A stretch of 64,000 nucleotides of DNA from Azolla caroliniana (taxonomy: Eukaryota > Plantae > Polypodiophyta), in NCBI GenBank assembly GCA_043228905.1, contig JBHGNT010000001.1:3348001-3412000 (forward strand), given 5' to 3'. Positions within the stretch are counted from its first letter, which is position 1; each line of letters starts with the position of its first letter. Below are positions 51,001 through 61,424 of this stretch, one piece after another. The translations under genes and the position numbers were made by a program. Under the pieces are notes generated by a model, which was not told where the DNA came from, searched no databases, and saw only the letters and a list, made by a program, of their open reading frames with translations.

Positions 51001-52088
51001 AACCACACGTCTCCTATGCCGGCAATCCGGCACGTACCTTCATTCCCCATCCGAACACAGCCATGCTCACCGGCTGTGTAGGATGAGAAGTATCTTCTCT
51101 CCGGGGTCAGGTGGAACGATGCTCCGGAATCGACCACCCAGGTCGTCTCATCGCCGGCTACGTTTAGTTCACATTCTTCGGTGATGAGCATGATTTCTTC
51201 CTCACTTGCCGCGAGTGCCGTTGTTCCTTTCCGGTCCTGCCCTCGCCGATCCGGACCTCTCCGGTCCGTGGCTCCCCGGTATGCACCGTTTCTCTCCGGT
51301 GACTTCTTCGAATCGGTGTCGTCGGCTCCGTTGTCCTTTCGGTAATGCCGACAATTCTTCCGGAAGTGCCCCGGCTTCCCACAGTGGAAGCATGTGGGCC
51401 TTCCTCTTGACTGCGACCGGGTCCCCGACTTCTCCCGTCTTTGCGGACTCCGGTTCCACTGTCTTCCCCGTTCCGATTCGGTAAGCAGCGCCTTCGAGTC
51501 GGAGACCGGTTCTTTATCTCTCCGACGCGCTTCTTCATTCAAAATACTTGTCTTTACCGTTTGTAGAGACAAGTTATCTTCGGTGCAGGAGGTGCTGAGA
51601 GTCACCACCAAGTTCTCCCAGCTGTCCGGCAATGTACACATCAGGATGATGGCTTGCATTGCATCCTCCAACGGGAACTTGATCGCCGCAAGCTGGTTCA
51701 CGAATCCCATGAACGTGCTTACGTGTTCCACCATACTCTCGCCATCCCGGTACTTGAGGTTCACTATCTTCCTCATCAGGGAGGTCCGGTTCAACGCATT
51801 CTTCCTCTCATAGAGGCCCGACAGCTTCCGCCACATCTCATATGCGTTGGTGTCGTTCGCCACATGCTGTAGAACGCTTACATCGACATATTGTCGGATC
51901 GTCGCTACGGCTTTCCGGTTCAGGAGCTTCCACTCCGACTCAAGTACCCCCTTCGGTATTTCCGACCTGTCAATCGGTTCGTACAGGTCCCGAACAATCA
52001 GAAGATCCTCCATCTTGATCTTCCAGTCGGCGTAATTCTGCGCATTCAGCACCATCATGCCCGGAGACCCACTACCGGCGCCTTCCAT
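48012..52088 (-). CDS. Copia B gag-pol polyprotein, 1358 aa, uninterrupted
   Basis: Single ORF from MEGAGSG with Gag, CFHCGKPGHFRKNC, DSGAS, HHCC, integrase D,D,E (HTDV, ADNGGE, LAERM), RT YVDD and RNase H (DSDM, EAEY, CDSQSA). Confidence 0.97.
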   Translation of the reverse strand: MEGAGSGSPGMMVLNAQNYADWKIKMEDLLIVRDLYEPIDRSEIPKGVLESEWKLLNRKAVATIRQYVDVSVLQHVANDTNAYEMWRKLSGLYERKNALNRTSLMRKIVNLKYRDGESMVEHVSTFMGFVNQLAAIKFPLEDAMQAIILMCTLPDSWENLVVTLSTSCTEDNLSLQTVKTSILNEEARRRDKEPVSDSKALLTESERGRQWNRSPQRREKSGTRSQSRGRPTCFHCGKPGHFRKNCRHYRKDNGADDTDSKKSPERNGAYRGATDRRGPDRRGQDRKGTTALAASEEEIMLITEECELNVAGDETTWVVDSGASFHLTPERRYFSSYTAGEHGCVRMGNEGTCRIAGIGDVWLTTPTGCKMLLKDVRHVPEVRLNLISAGRLDDEGYTGSIRNGVMKFSKGSLIVARARKVNTLYLMNSRLCPEELNVAADTAGELWHKRLCHMSEKGMKRLAEDNLIPVKHVHLEKCTDCLAGKQNRTSFHSRPPTRRSAPLELVHTDVCQVETKSHGGAQYFVTFIDDHSRKLWTAPLKTKDQVLSVFKELHARVERESGKKLKAIRADNGGEYRGQFQEYCRSKGIRLEFTVPKTPELNGLAERMNRTIMERVRSMLAHAKLPKGFWAEAMSTATYVINRSPSVPLDGDTPQRVWTGREVSYRHLKVFGCLAYVHVAKDRRGKLDPKTRPCIFLGYGDDEFGYRVWDPVDKKIFRSRDIIFMEDKTLADWESEKKMKSSKSTGEDQLYEEQSRPARDRLALEDPAEDGEETEPAEEDENDTGTGPDPEMDSDEEEESEEPVTEAPERRYPLRERRAPRRFPEPEHVLLTDEGEPESFEEAKHDTQSRRWLSAMQDEMDSLHENHTYELVELPKGKRALRNKWVFKLKPGDAGNPPRYKARIVVKGFQQKKGVDFDEIFAPVVKMTSIRTVLSIAASMDLEVEQMDVKTAFLHGDLEEEIYMQQPEGFEKKGKEHLVCRLKKSLYGLKQAPRQWYRKFDSFMTDEGYHKTQSDHCVFVKKFEGGDSLILLLYVDDMLIVGRDQVKIRMLKKALHRTFSMKDLGPARQILGMHIIRNRSKKQLWLSQEKYVTKVLKRFNMSEARPVGSTLPANCKLSSKQSPKTKAEKEDMMKVPYASAVGSLMYAMVCTRPDIGYAVGVVSRYMSNPGKEHWNAVKWILRYLKGTTNVCLRFGSGKPELDGFTDSDMSADADTSRSTSGYVMTYAGGAVSWQSRLQKTVALSTTEAEYMAAVEAGKEIIWMKDFIRELGIQQEEYRLYCDSQSAIHLAKNAAYHSRTKHIQRRYHWIRERIEDKEFELTKVHTDENGSDMLTKVLTPDKLEACRKRIGLERHPMPK

Positions 52089-53445
52089 TTTCTGTGTTAC
52101 CGTCGCTCTGATACCAATTTGTTGCAATTCCGTGCTCGGCCACAACCGAGGAACAGGATCGATTCGCAGAAAACGGGAAATACAAGAATGCACGAAGAAC
52201 AACAGAGAGAAGAGCACACAGGATGTTTACGTGGAAAACCCTAAATGGGAAAAAACCACGGGAGTCCTCTAACTCCAACTATCACTATACACAGAGATGT
52301 ACAATGGTGAGGCTACAAGGCAACAACCTTGAGCTCGCTGTCCTCGCCACAGGCGGCGGTATTACACAGAGGCAACGACCTCTTCGTCTCTCACTCTCTC
52401 TCTCGGCTGCTCTCACTTCTCATGAAAAATGAGCAACAACATAAAACTGTTTGCCCTAAGTCATATTTATACACATATGACTTTCGGGCTATTTACAAAT
52501 ATAGCCTCAAGGGCTCTTGGCAAACATATTCACAAATATGTCTCCGCATCCGGATCTCTCTCCGGGTACATTCATCATCCGGTTCCGTAACCGGGGTCTT
52601 CATCATCCGGTTCCGTAACCGGGGTCTTCATCATCCGGCTCCGTAACCGGGGTCTTCATCATCCGGTTCCGTAACCGGGGTCTTCATCATCCGGTTCCGT
52701 AACCGCAACCGGGCTTGCCGTCATTCATCTCCGGACATCCCATCCGGAGGGACCGAAATCCCAACAGTATGAATGTACAAAATAGTGAGTACACGGAGGC
52801 AACGACCTCGGGCTCACGATCTTCACCACAGGCGGCGGTTACAACAGAGGCAACGACCTCGTTCTCTCTCTCTCCCTCTCTGTACAGTTACGCGCTCTCT
52901 CTTCTTCTTGCACCAACAAGGAAGAATGACCACCACAAAAAAACATGACTAAAAGTTTGCCCTAAGTCATATTTATACTAATATGACTTTTCGGCTATTT
53001 ACAAATGTAGCCACAATGGGCTCTCAGAAACATATTTACGAATATGTCTCTTCCTCCGGTTCATACCGGTTCTGCACCATCCGGCTCTCCGTAGCCGGGT
53101 ACTCCTCATCCGATTCACACCGGGCCTGTATCATCCGGCTCTCCGTAGCCGGGTACTACTCATCCAGTTCACACCGGGCATGTATCATCCAGCTCTCTGT
53201 AGTCAGGTACTCCTCATCCGGTTCACACCGGGCCTGTATCATCCGGCTCTCCGTAGCCAGGTACTCCTCATCCGGTTCACACCGGGCCTGTATCATCCGG
53301 CTCTCCGTAGCCAGGTACTCCTCATCCGGTTCACACTGGGTCTGTATCATCCGGCTCTCCGTAGCCAGGTACTCCTCATACCGTTTGTTCGTCGGCACTG
53401 TTCTTCTCCCTTCCCATCCGGAGGGACCTGTCTCCCAACAAGACT

Positions 53446-53702
53446 AACCCATGCCTTTTACGACTATGCTTTTGGAATTGCAATGGATACCCATGGAATG
53501 CGGGATTTGGCCGAGACGAGTTCACCGATGACTCGGATATCACACTTCTTGCTGAAACATGGGAGCATGATACTTAAAGGATTCAAGGTTTAGGAAACTA
53601 TAATGTACACTCTTTGATATGAAAGAAAAATCCAAGACAAAGAAGAGGACAAGGAGGGATTGCATGTTTGATTAAGAAGGAAATAGAGAAATATGTGTTA
53701 GT
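53446..53702 (+). pseudogene. LINE G ORF2 N-terminal APE endonuclease fragment (continuation after copia A)
   Basis: LRLCFWNCNG..DITLLAETW..RRGQGGIACLIKK with two stops; interrupted by copia C at 53703. Confidence 0.8.
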
Positions 53703-55136
53703 TGTTGAGAATCAAGCTCAACTTGGTCTAGTGTGTGAACTCACCTTGAGAGTGAATAGACACTCAAACGGTCAAGAGTCACCATTATGTCACCTCTTTG
53801 TATTCTAGCATTTAGTATGAGTCATAGAATCATATTCTATGACACATAACTTATGAGCTTTCACATTCCCCATGCTCCATGAGTCTTGTAGTTAATGAAG
53901 AGAGAGGGTGACTATATAAAGCACCCTCCTCCCACCTTGTATTGAGTTGAGTCTTTCTCCTTTGTTAATATACTTTTACCTTGCGTATTCTCTGTGTCTT
54001 ATTCCTTGTCTCTCTCACTCACTCACTCTCTCTCTCTCTCATACACACACCTAAATCATATATGATTCTTTACATGGTATTAGAGCGATTTGGTAGCTCG
54101 ATCTAGCCCATTCGCCTCATCGTGATCGTGTGTTGTGCTCTACGTCGACGACCAAGAACCAGCTCATCGCCATCGTAGCTTCGCTACATAGCTCGCATTC
54201 TAAGAGAGAAGAAGAAGAAGAATTGACATAATGAATACTCAAATGGGGAGCGCTCTCCCTACCGAGAAGTTGGATCGAAACAACTTCGCATTTTGGGAGT
54301 ACAAGATGCACCAATACCTTGTCGGACAAGGCTATTGGAGCTACATCAAAGGAGCGCATGAAGACCGACTTACCGAAGCGGCTCCCGGATATGCGACATG
54401 GGAGCAAGCCACAAGCCGTGTGATGTATTGCTTGGCGACATGTGTTCATGATCACATGCTCGGATACATTCGCGAAGCCAAGACGCCGAAGGAGGCATGG
54501 GAAAACCTACGAAAGATTTTCGCGGCGAATACAACCACAAGATGGCTTCAACTCCGCCAAGAGTTGAACAACATTCAACAAAGGTACATGTCGATTACGA
54601 CATACACCTCGAAGATCAAGGAGCTTTGCGATTCGCTCGGCTCAATAAGCGTAAATATCGCATGAGATGGTGTTGTCCGCCGGAATAGTAACCGATGGAC
54701 AAGAGCATATCAATAAGAAATAATATAAGATCATAACGCGTGTAACGGTTCATGCAGGAAGCTTGAACGGCTAAATAGAAACTGCGTATATAAAGGGCAG
54801 AAAACCTCTGATAGAGGGGGCGTGTATTTTAGAATGTAAAGAAGCGTATCGTAATAGAATTCTATCTTCTTTGAAAGTTTGTGTATAGAATACCTGAGCA
54901 TGTAAGAACGTGAGTGTAACCATTGCTAAGGAGTAGGTTGTAGTCGTCTCCCTTATACGTTGATAGGTTACGGGGAACATTCCCCTACGCATTACGCATA
55001 GACGCCACCATTCGGTGTTTCACAATCACTTGGAGATCTAGGTCGAAGGAGTGACCGCAGACCGTGTTCCTAATCGGTAACACTTTTGGCACGCTTGGTG
55101 ATCTGTGTCTTCTCATAGACGAACAACGACGAATGG

Positions 55137-58100
55137 ATGTTTAGCCACAGATGCCCCAGAGAACCAACACGACAAGACCGGCCAATCACAAGGTCCGTCA
55201 CACGCCAGGCAGAGGAATGCGCACGGCAAAAGCCTTGTCTTAGCGACCTCAGTACTACCTGCCGTGATTACAAAGGTGATTCTTCGCTCTCCAAATACCT
55301 TGACGATACGCGGGGAGCACGCTCACCACAGCCACCCTGTGGTCTTTCCCGACCCGCCGTAGCCCCCAACATGGCCTTTGCATATCCCCGCTTTAACGCC
55401 GATACTGACGCCGCAACCCATATTCGCATGTTCCTTAATGTCTGGAATGCGAACCACATGGCGCAGAGCCTTTCGGAGGCGGTAGCGCACCAGTCGAAAA
55501 TGACGGAGTTCGGGTTAACATTGGATGGGCGAGTGACGTTTTGGCATTCATAGATGGATTTACCAGCAATCACAACCTTCGATCAATTGCAGTCTGCTTT
55601 CTTGCAGTTCTTCCATCGGAGGGTTCTACAACGCGAAATCCTCGGACAGTTCTACATGATTAAGCAACTGCCGACCGAGACGATCGCTGACTTCAACTTA
55701 CGTTTCCAAAATTTACGGCAGAAACTAGAACGGAGCCCCGCGGAGGACGAGGCTCGAGAGACATTTCTGGCAGCATTACGCCGACCCATACGAGCAACAC
55801 TCAACAACAATAGCGTGAAAGGGGAAATGACGGATATGGTCATTGAACGAGCGTTACTGCTCGAGTTGGACGACGAGAAGGAAAGGTTTTCTATGTCCTC
55901 CTTACGACAAGCGTTACCCCAGGACGAGGAACGCCAGTTTCGTCAAGCAATCCAGTGCACGATTTGCTTGAACTCGGGGCATTCCGCAATGGAGTGCAAC
56001 ATGCGAATCCACTGCCCAATTTGCCACTCGAAGGCTCACATAGTCGAACAATGCGAATACAATATGTTGAACAGAGCCGCTCCCACAGTCCGCAGCATGG
56101 ACACACAGTGTCCCCCACGCCGTACTAAACAAAGTAGGCAAGAAGACCGACCACGGTATATGGATCGCAACCCACGTGACGACCGACACCACCAGAATCG
56201 CCGAAATCACAACGATTCCGAGGAAGTCGAACTAGAGGATGAGGATTATCGCGGACATCCGAGTTATGCTAAAGGGGGTCGGCGCTATGAGAATAACCAG
56301 CCGACAAACAAACGTGGCGGCTTTAATGGTTATCGTGGGAAGCCGCAGCAATATCGAGATCACCGGCGTTACGACGAAAGCTCGGGAGATGAGCGACACC
56401 AACAACCACGACGGGACCAACAACAACCACCACATGCGTTCTGACAAACAAGGCCGGACCGTGAGGAGCAAGTCGCACCAGCGGATCGACACACACCACC
56501 AGGAGCCGAGAAGGGCGAATCAAGCATCCATTGTTTTATTTGTCAGCAGCCCAGACATTATGCAACGCAATCCCCAGCATGCAAGGGCAAGGGGCCCGCC
56601 ATCAATACGATTACGGCGGAAGTGCAACAAGTCACGACACGCCAGCAAACAAAAACGGTTGATTGGGCTGCGCAAGATGAGATACGACGACAAGCCCAAG
56701 CATGAGTGGAAAAAGCAAATGCGACCAATACAGAGCGCATGCGGAAGGAGCCGCGAATACAAGGGAGCGAGCGGAGGACGAAGGACCGGTCCCGGACCCC
56801 ATTTGGCAGGCATTAGCGGGCTGCGAGATAACGTTAACCATGGAGAAGCTGCTGCAGCTAGTTCCACGCTTCCGCCAGACCATGGAAGAACGGGTGACGG
56901 GCATACCCGGGGTGAGCGTTGCTACAAACCTTACAGACGTTAGCAACGGACTGCATGTAGTGGATCACCACAACTCGTTTATTACATTAATATTACACGG
57001 ACAAGAAATTATTGGATGTGTAATCGATGGTGGCTCAGGCGTCAATGTAATTAGCGCGAAAACTTGTGAGCAGTTAGGCATTTTAGAATGGGAGGCTTGC
57101 CCATTCTGGCTCCGAATGGCAGATACCCGCTCAGTACGACCATTGGGGTTAATTCGCAAGATAGGCATAATCGTGGGCGGACATCGTTTCGACATCTCGG
57201 CGGTCGTCCTCGCCTTGGACACCCCAGGGGCGTACCCAGTGCTTCTGGACCATGGCTTCGGGCGGCAAATATCAAGTAGAATTGGCAACACAAGTGTATG
57301 AGTTTCCGACACGGACGCACTAAGGTTCGCGTACCTACGGAAGGAAGCACGCCACACCCCAAGGGTATAACACCATTATACACAGAAGATATAAATATGT
57401 TGGCTGGGGTGCAGGATGCAGAATTAGAGGCATACCTAGATGAGCACCCTCGGATCATTCCACTGTTCGAAATCGACGTTATCGCAACCACTACAGAATA
57501 TGCCACGACCACTATTCTCCACGACGAGGCTTACGAACCAAACCCAGAGTCCATATTGGAACTCAGCAGAGCACAAGCGACATTCGAAAGGGAAATGGAA
57601 ATTTCACGACGAGTCACTGCCTCCGCCCTGGAAGAAGTAAATGTGGGTACGGAGTCGGAACCTCGTTTCCTCTCCATCGCAAAGGAATTAAGGCCGGACC
57701 AGAGAAACACGATGATCGCACTACTCAAGAAATATAAAGATGTGTTCGCTTGGGCTCACGAGGACATGAAGGGGTTAGATTCCAAGTTCTATAAGCATAA
57801 GATCAATTTAGCAACCGACGCAAAACCCGTCCAGCAGCGCCGCCACCGCATGAACCCGAACTACGCAACCCACGTAAAAGAAGAAATTGACAAGCCACAT
57901 GGTTAAGTCTGATAGTGGTCGTTCCAAAGGAAAACGGCAAAATACGGGTATGCATGGATAACCGAAAATTAAACGTCGTAACCATTATGGACGCATTCCC
58001 TTTACCATTCACCAATAGCGTACTGGACGCCATCGTAGGACATGAGATGTACAGTTTTTTAGATGGCTTCAGTGGGTATAACCAGGTACACATGCATCTC

Positions 58101-58351
58101 GAGGACCATGAAAAGACGACATTTGTCACGGACTGGGGAGTCTATGTGGCAGTCGTCATGATGTTCGGGCTAAAGACAACGCAGGCAACATTTCAACGGA
58201 CAATTACGGAGATCTTTGGGGAATACATTCCGGCGTTCATGCAAGTTTTTTTAGACGACTTTGCGGTATATGGGAGAACAATAGACCATTTTACGCACCT
58301 GCAACTGTGCCTGGAAGGTTGCCACACCGCACGCTTAAGCCTGAATCCCAC
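55137..58351 (+). pseudogene. Element D gag-pol fragments (Gag with three CCHC-like knuckles, aspartic protease, RT); RNase H and integrase missing
   Basis: CTICLNSGHSAMEC, CPICHSKAHIVEQC and CFICQQPRHYATQS; VIDGGSGVN; YKDVFAW; RVCMDNRKLN, FLDGFSGYNQ, FLDD; many stops and frameshifts. Confidence 0.9.
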
Positions 58352-59815
58352 TGTCGTGAAGAAAACCGTCCCTAGGCAGAATCCGAGTTTAGCGTGTGTA
58401 AACCGGCTCTTACACGCGAGCACACTTTTCGTTGTATGGTAAGTAGGTAGGTACAAGTCGGCTGAGGAGAAATCCTAGGTAGCACACATTCGATAGGGAG
58501 AGAATCAAGGTGTATCTCTGTTCGAAAGGACAGAGAATTAATGTGATGTAACACATGATAACGGCCTCCCTCCTTGAGCTATAAAAGAGAGGGAGAGGAA
58601 TGAAAAGGGCATCGCGCGTAAGGGAGGACGAAGTGTTGCAGGACCGGGTGCCGAGCTCTTTTTTCTCCTCCGATCGTCGGTCTTTGAGTTCACTGCCTCT
58701 GCTTCGTGGACAACCCGTGCGCTTCAAGCAAAGGCTCTCCTCTTTTTGTTTCTTTGAGTCGAGTGTGTTCTGTCTGTGTGCGTGAGTAGGATCCCCGTGT
58801 CGGGTCCATCGCCGCCTTGTCGGTTGTAATTGTCAGAGTTTGCAATCTCTGAATATTGGAATCCACTGTTACTATAATTAATTAAGTGTGCCGTTTGTTA
58901 CTCTTTCCTTCTCCCTGTTGCGTGTCTGCAAGACTTCTCTCTCTCTCTCTCGCTCCTCGGTTCAAGGCCCCTGTGGTCCCGCCTCTTTCTGCACGCACGC
59001 GTGTAACAACGCGACATATTTGGTGAACCCGACGTGAAAGGGCGGCAAAGGAGTCGAAAGATGAGGGGATTAGAGCTAGCGGAGGCAATGGCGGTAGCCG
59101 TCGACCGGCTGGTAAGCGCTCGTGAGGGGACAGGTACCCTTGACAGAGCCGTTGAATCGATCGTCGGCACTATAGGCCGGTTCGGAGGGAAAGACGCCAC
59201 AAGTTATTTGGAGGCTTACCGGGCCGAAATGATCATGAGGGATATCCCGGTGGACAGGCGGCTGTTCGGATTCCCTCGGGTGGTGACGCCGAGCATCCAC
59301 GCGGAGGTGCTCGAGGTGTTGGCCGGATGCCAGACTTGGGAGGAGTTCGAGCTGCAGCTCCTTGAGAAGTACAGGTTTGACGACTCGCTTCAGTTGTCGA
59401 GGCGGGACTTCATGGCGTGGGTGGAAAGCCTCGGAAAAGGGAGGAACACGTCGGCGCTCCTCCAGGAGTTCGAAAAATGGTTCGCGCGGATGTTGACGCT
59501 GGACCGGACCGTGCTCGAAACGAGTCGAGTACTATTGTTTGTCAAGTCGGTGGACGCGCTCGACAGGGAAAAAGTGGGTCCCCTATGGGAAACAGACGAA
59601 GGGCTCACGGCAGACTAGGCCATGGTAAAACGGGTTTGCAGCCGTTTCGACAAACGACGCGATTGGAGCGACGAAAGCTCGTCGGGGTCAGGGGCGGTCC
59701 CGGCGAGGAGGCTCGAGGAGCTGGTATCAGTGCCGGCCGGTAGGAAGGAAGAGACCCGAATCTGGCTAGAGTCGAGGTCAGCACCGAACGACGTGGTCAG
59801 AGGCCCATCCGGAGA
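58352..59815 (+). mobile_element. LTR element F: 5' LTR 58352-59016, tRNA-Trp PBS, gag-like start; 3' part deleted
   Basis: TGTCGTG...CGCGACA; TGGTGAACCCGACGTGAA at 59021-59038 is complementary to the plant tRNA-Trp 3' end; gag-like GRFGGKDATSYLEAY..TWEEFE..LLEKY. Confidence 0.8.
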
Positions 59816-60067
59816 TCCGCTCTCAATTACATTGTAACCGGGCCTTTATATAGGTCCCCAGTGCGAAATACAAAACGGTGCCAACCGACACCTTTTCGGG
59901 ATCGATCCGGATCCGGATCGGCATACCGATTCTGGTCCGTCCATCCACATCTACTCATATATTACTATATATTTTAAGACTACTAATTACAACAGTTCCC
60001 GAATAAACTATTCCTTTTCACACTCTGGTTTGGACCTCCTTAAGCCTTCTTGCCAGTCGGTAACACA

Positions 60068-60106
60068 TGGCACGCCCGTGGGACAGTACCTTGTACGTCG
60101 AACCCA
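60068..60106 (-). other. tRNA-Arg 3'-end-like sequence at the PPT position of element E
   Basis: Minus strand TGGGTTCGA-cgtacaaggtact-GTCCCACGGGCGTGCCA-tg-|TGTTAC (LTR). Confidence 0.75.
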
Positions 60107-60119
60107 TTATCCGGCCCTT

Positions 60120-61424
60120 TTACGCTTCGTCCCAAATGTCCAGAATGCTTTGCTCCAAAATTTCCAATGGCTCGTCGGGAATCTGTTGTTGCCGTTGTGG
60201 CTGTTGTTCAGTTTGTGGTTGTGGCTGCTCCGTTTGTGCCTTCTCCGTTTGGGGGTGCGGCTCCATTTGTCGTTCTGGCACCGGCGTTTCCTTTGTTGGT
60301 TCCTCCGTCGGAGTTGTCTCTGGCTGACTGACCCTAGCCTGGTCCCCATTTGGTCCTAGTACCGGTGACGGTTCCTCATCACTAAGGTTGACCGTTGTCG
60401 CCTTCCGCGCTTTATCTTCCCGAAGCCGGAACCGCTCATAGCTCTCAAACTGGATTTGAGCCTCCAGCCGATCGTCATCCAGTTGACCTATGAGTTGCCG
60501 GACCTGCACCAATTGTTCATCCGCCAGGGCTGTGAAATCTTCAGCCAGCTCATCCCTTATGGTGGTGAAGTCCTCTGATGTCAGCGTATAACAGTCATCA
60601 CCCTCCTTCCACCGGTTTTCCACGTCCGCCCTGAGCAATTGGAGTTCCGTCGTATTCTGCGCCCATTTCGTCCACCAATGTACAGAGTTGTCGTCAATCA
60701 AGCTTTTGGTCTTAGTGAGCCATGACCGGAGGATGCACTGGATACGTTCGGTGGTGAAGTCCTCTGATGTCAGCGTATAACAGTCATCACCCTCCTTCCA
60801 CCGGTTTTCCACGTCCGCCCTGAGCAATTGGAGTTCCGCCGTATTCTGCGCCCATTTCGTCCACCAATGCACAGAGTTGTCGTCAATCAAGCTTTTGGTC
60901 TTAGTGAGCCATGACCGGAGGATGCACTGGATACGTTCGGCTCCCATCCGTGATTTATTTTCTACGGCTCGTCGCTCCTCTTTCAATTGCTTGATGATTC
61001 GGACCGTGTCCGCCTCCTGCTCCCTATAATGCGACAATTGATTTTGATAGGTTGTTTGCAACTTCTGTAATACCATTGTCGCTCTTTCCTTGTCTTCATG
61101 GTTCTGTTTGTGGAGCTCCATCCGGTCATTCGCCGCTTCCTCCAATAGCTTGGAACTCTCAGCTCGTTCTTCAGGGAGTGCCGTTGTGCCCCTATCAACT
61201 TCTTGACGGAGCTCGGCCATCCGTTCCTGCTGCTGCTTATACTCCGTCTCCAGTTGCTTGTAGTCCCGGTGTAGATGATCAAAATCATCAGTCTTCTGCT
61301 TCAGCCTCTGGTTGATCTGCCGGCGCGCACGATCCTCCTGGTCCTTCTGTTGACGGAGTTCCTCGTTCAGCCTCTCGATTTCCGTCTCCGCCATCCGTCG
61401 CAGCTTGCCTTTTTCCTGCAGCAA
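60120..61424 (-). CDS. Accessory coiled-coil protein of element E (5'-truncated; internal 63-aa duplication; P/Q/E/T-rich tail)
   Basis: 434-aa open frame, heptad-rich N-terminal half; homologous to the D frame at 61935-63339. Confidence 0.7.
   Translation of the reverse strand: MLQEKGKLRRMAETEIERLNEELRQQKDQEDRARRQINQRLKQKTDDFDHLHRDYKQLETEYKQQQERMAELRQEVDRGTTALPEERAESSKLLEEAANDRMELHKQNHEDKERATMVLQKLQTTYQNQLSHYREQEADTVRIIKQLKEERRAVENKSRMGAERIQCILRSWLTKTKSLIDDNSVHWWTKWAQNTAELQLLRADVENRWKEGDDCYTLTSEDFTTERIQCILRSWLTKTKSLIDDNSVHWWTKWAQNTTELQLLRADVENRWKEGDDCYTLTSEDFTTIRDELAEDFTALADEQLVQVRQLIGQLDDDRLEAQIQFESYERFRLREDKARKATTVNLSDEEPSPVLGPNGDQARVSQPETTPTEEPTKETPVPERQMEPHPQTEKAQTEQPQPQTEQQPQRQQQIPDEPLEILEQSILDIWDEA

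Larger units (their letters stand above)
47383..52766 (-). mobile_element. Ty1/copia LTR retrotransposon B, intact and young
   Basis: TSD GTATG (47378-47382 and 52767-52771); LTRs 47383-48001 and 52120-52766 identical by eye except one extra 28-bp unit; tRNA-iMet PBS at 52105-52116; PPT at ~48002-48014. Confidence 0.98.
42168..53440 (-). mobile_element. Ty1/copia LTR retrotransposon A (full-length, disabled); its 5' LTR is interrupted by element B
   Basis: TSD AGACT (42163-42167 and 53441-53445); 3' LTR 42168-43132; 5' LTR 47197-47382 + 52772-53440; tRNA-iMet PBS TGGTATCAGAGC at 47183-47194; PPT GGGGGAG next to 43132. Confidence 0.97.

Noticed and set aside
52089-52217. N-terminal 43-aa extension of the copia B ORF
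   Set aside because: Runs through the LTR and PBS from a non-ATG start; the likely start is ATG 52088
43248-52244. Many plus-strand and alternative-frame ORFs over copia A and B
   Set aside because: Shadow ORFs of GC-rich gag-pol with no independent motifs
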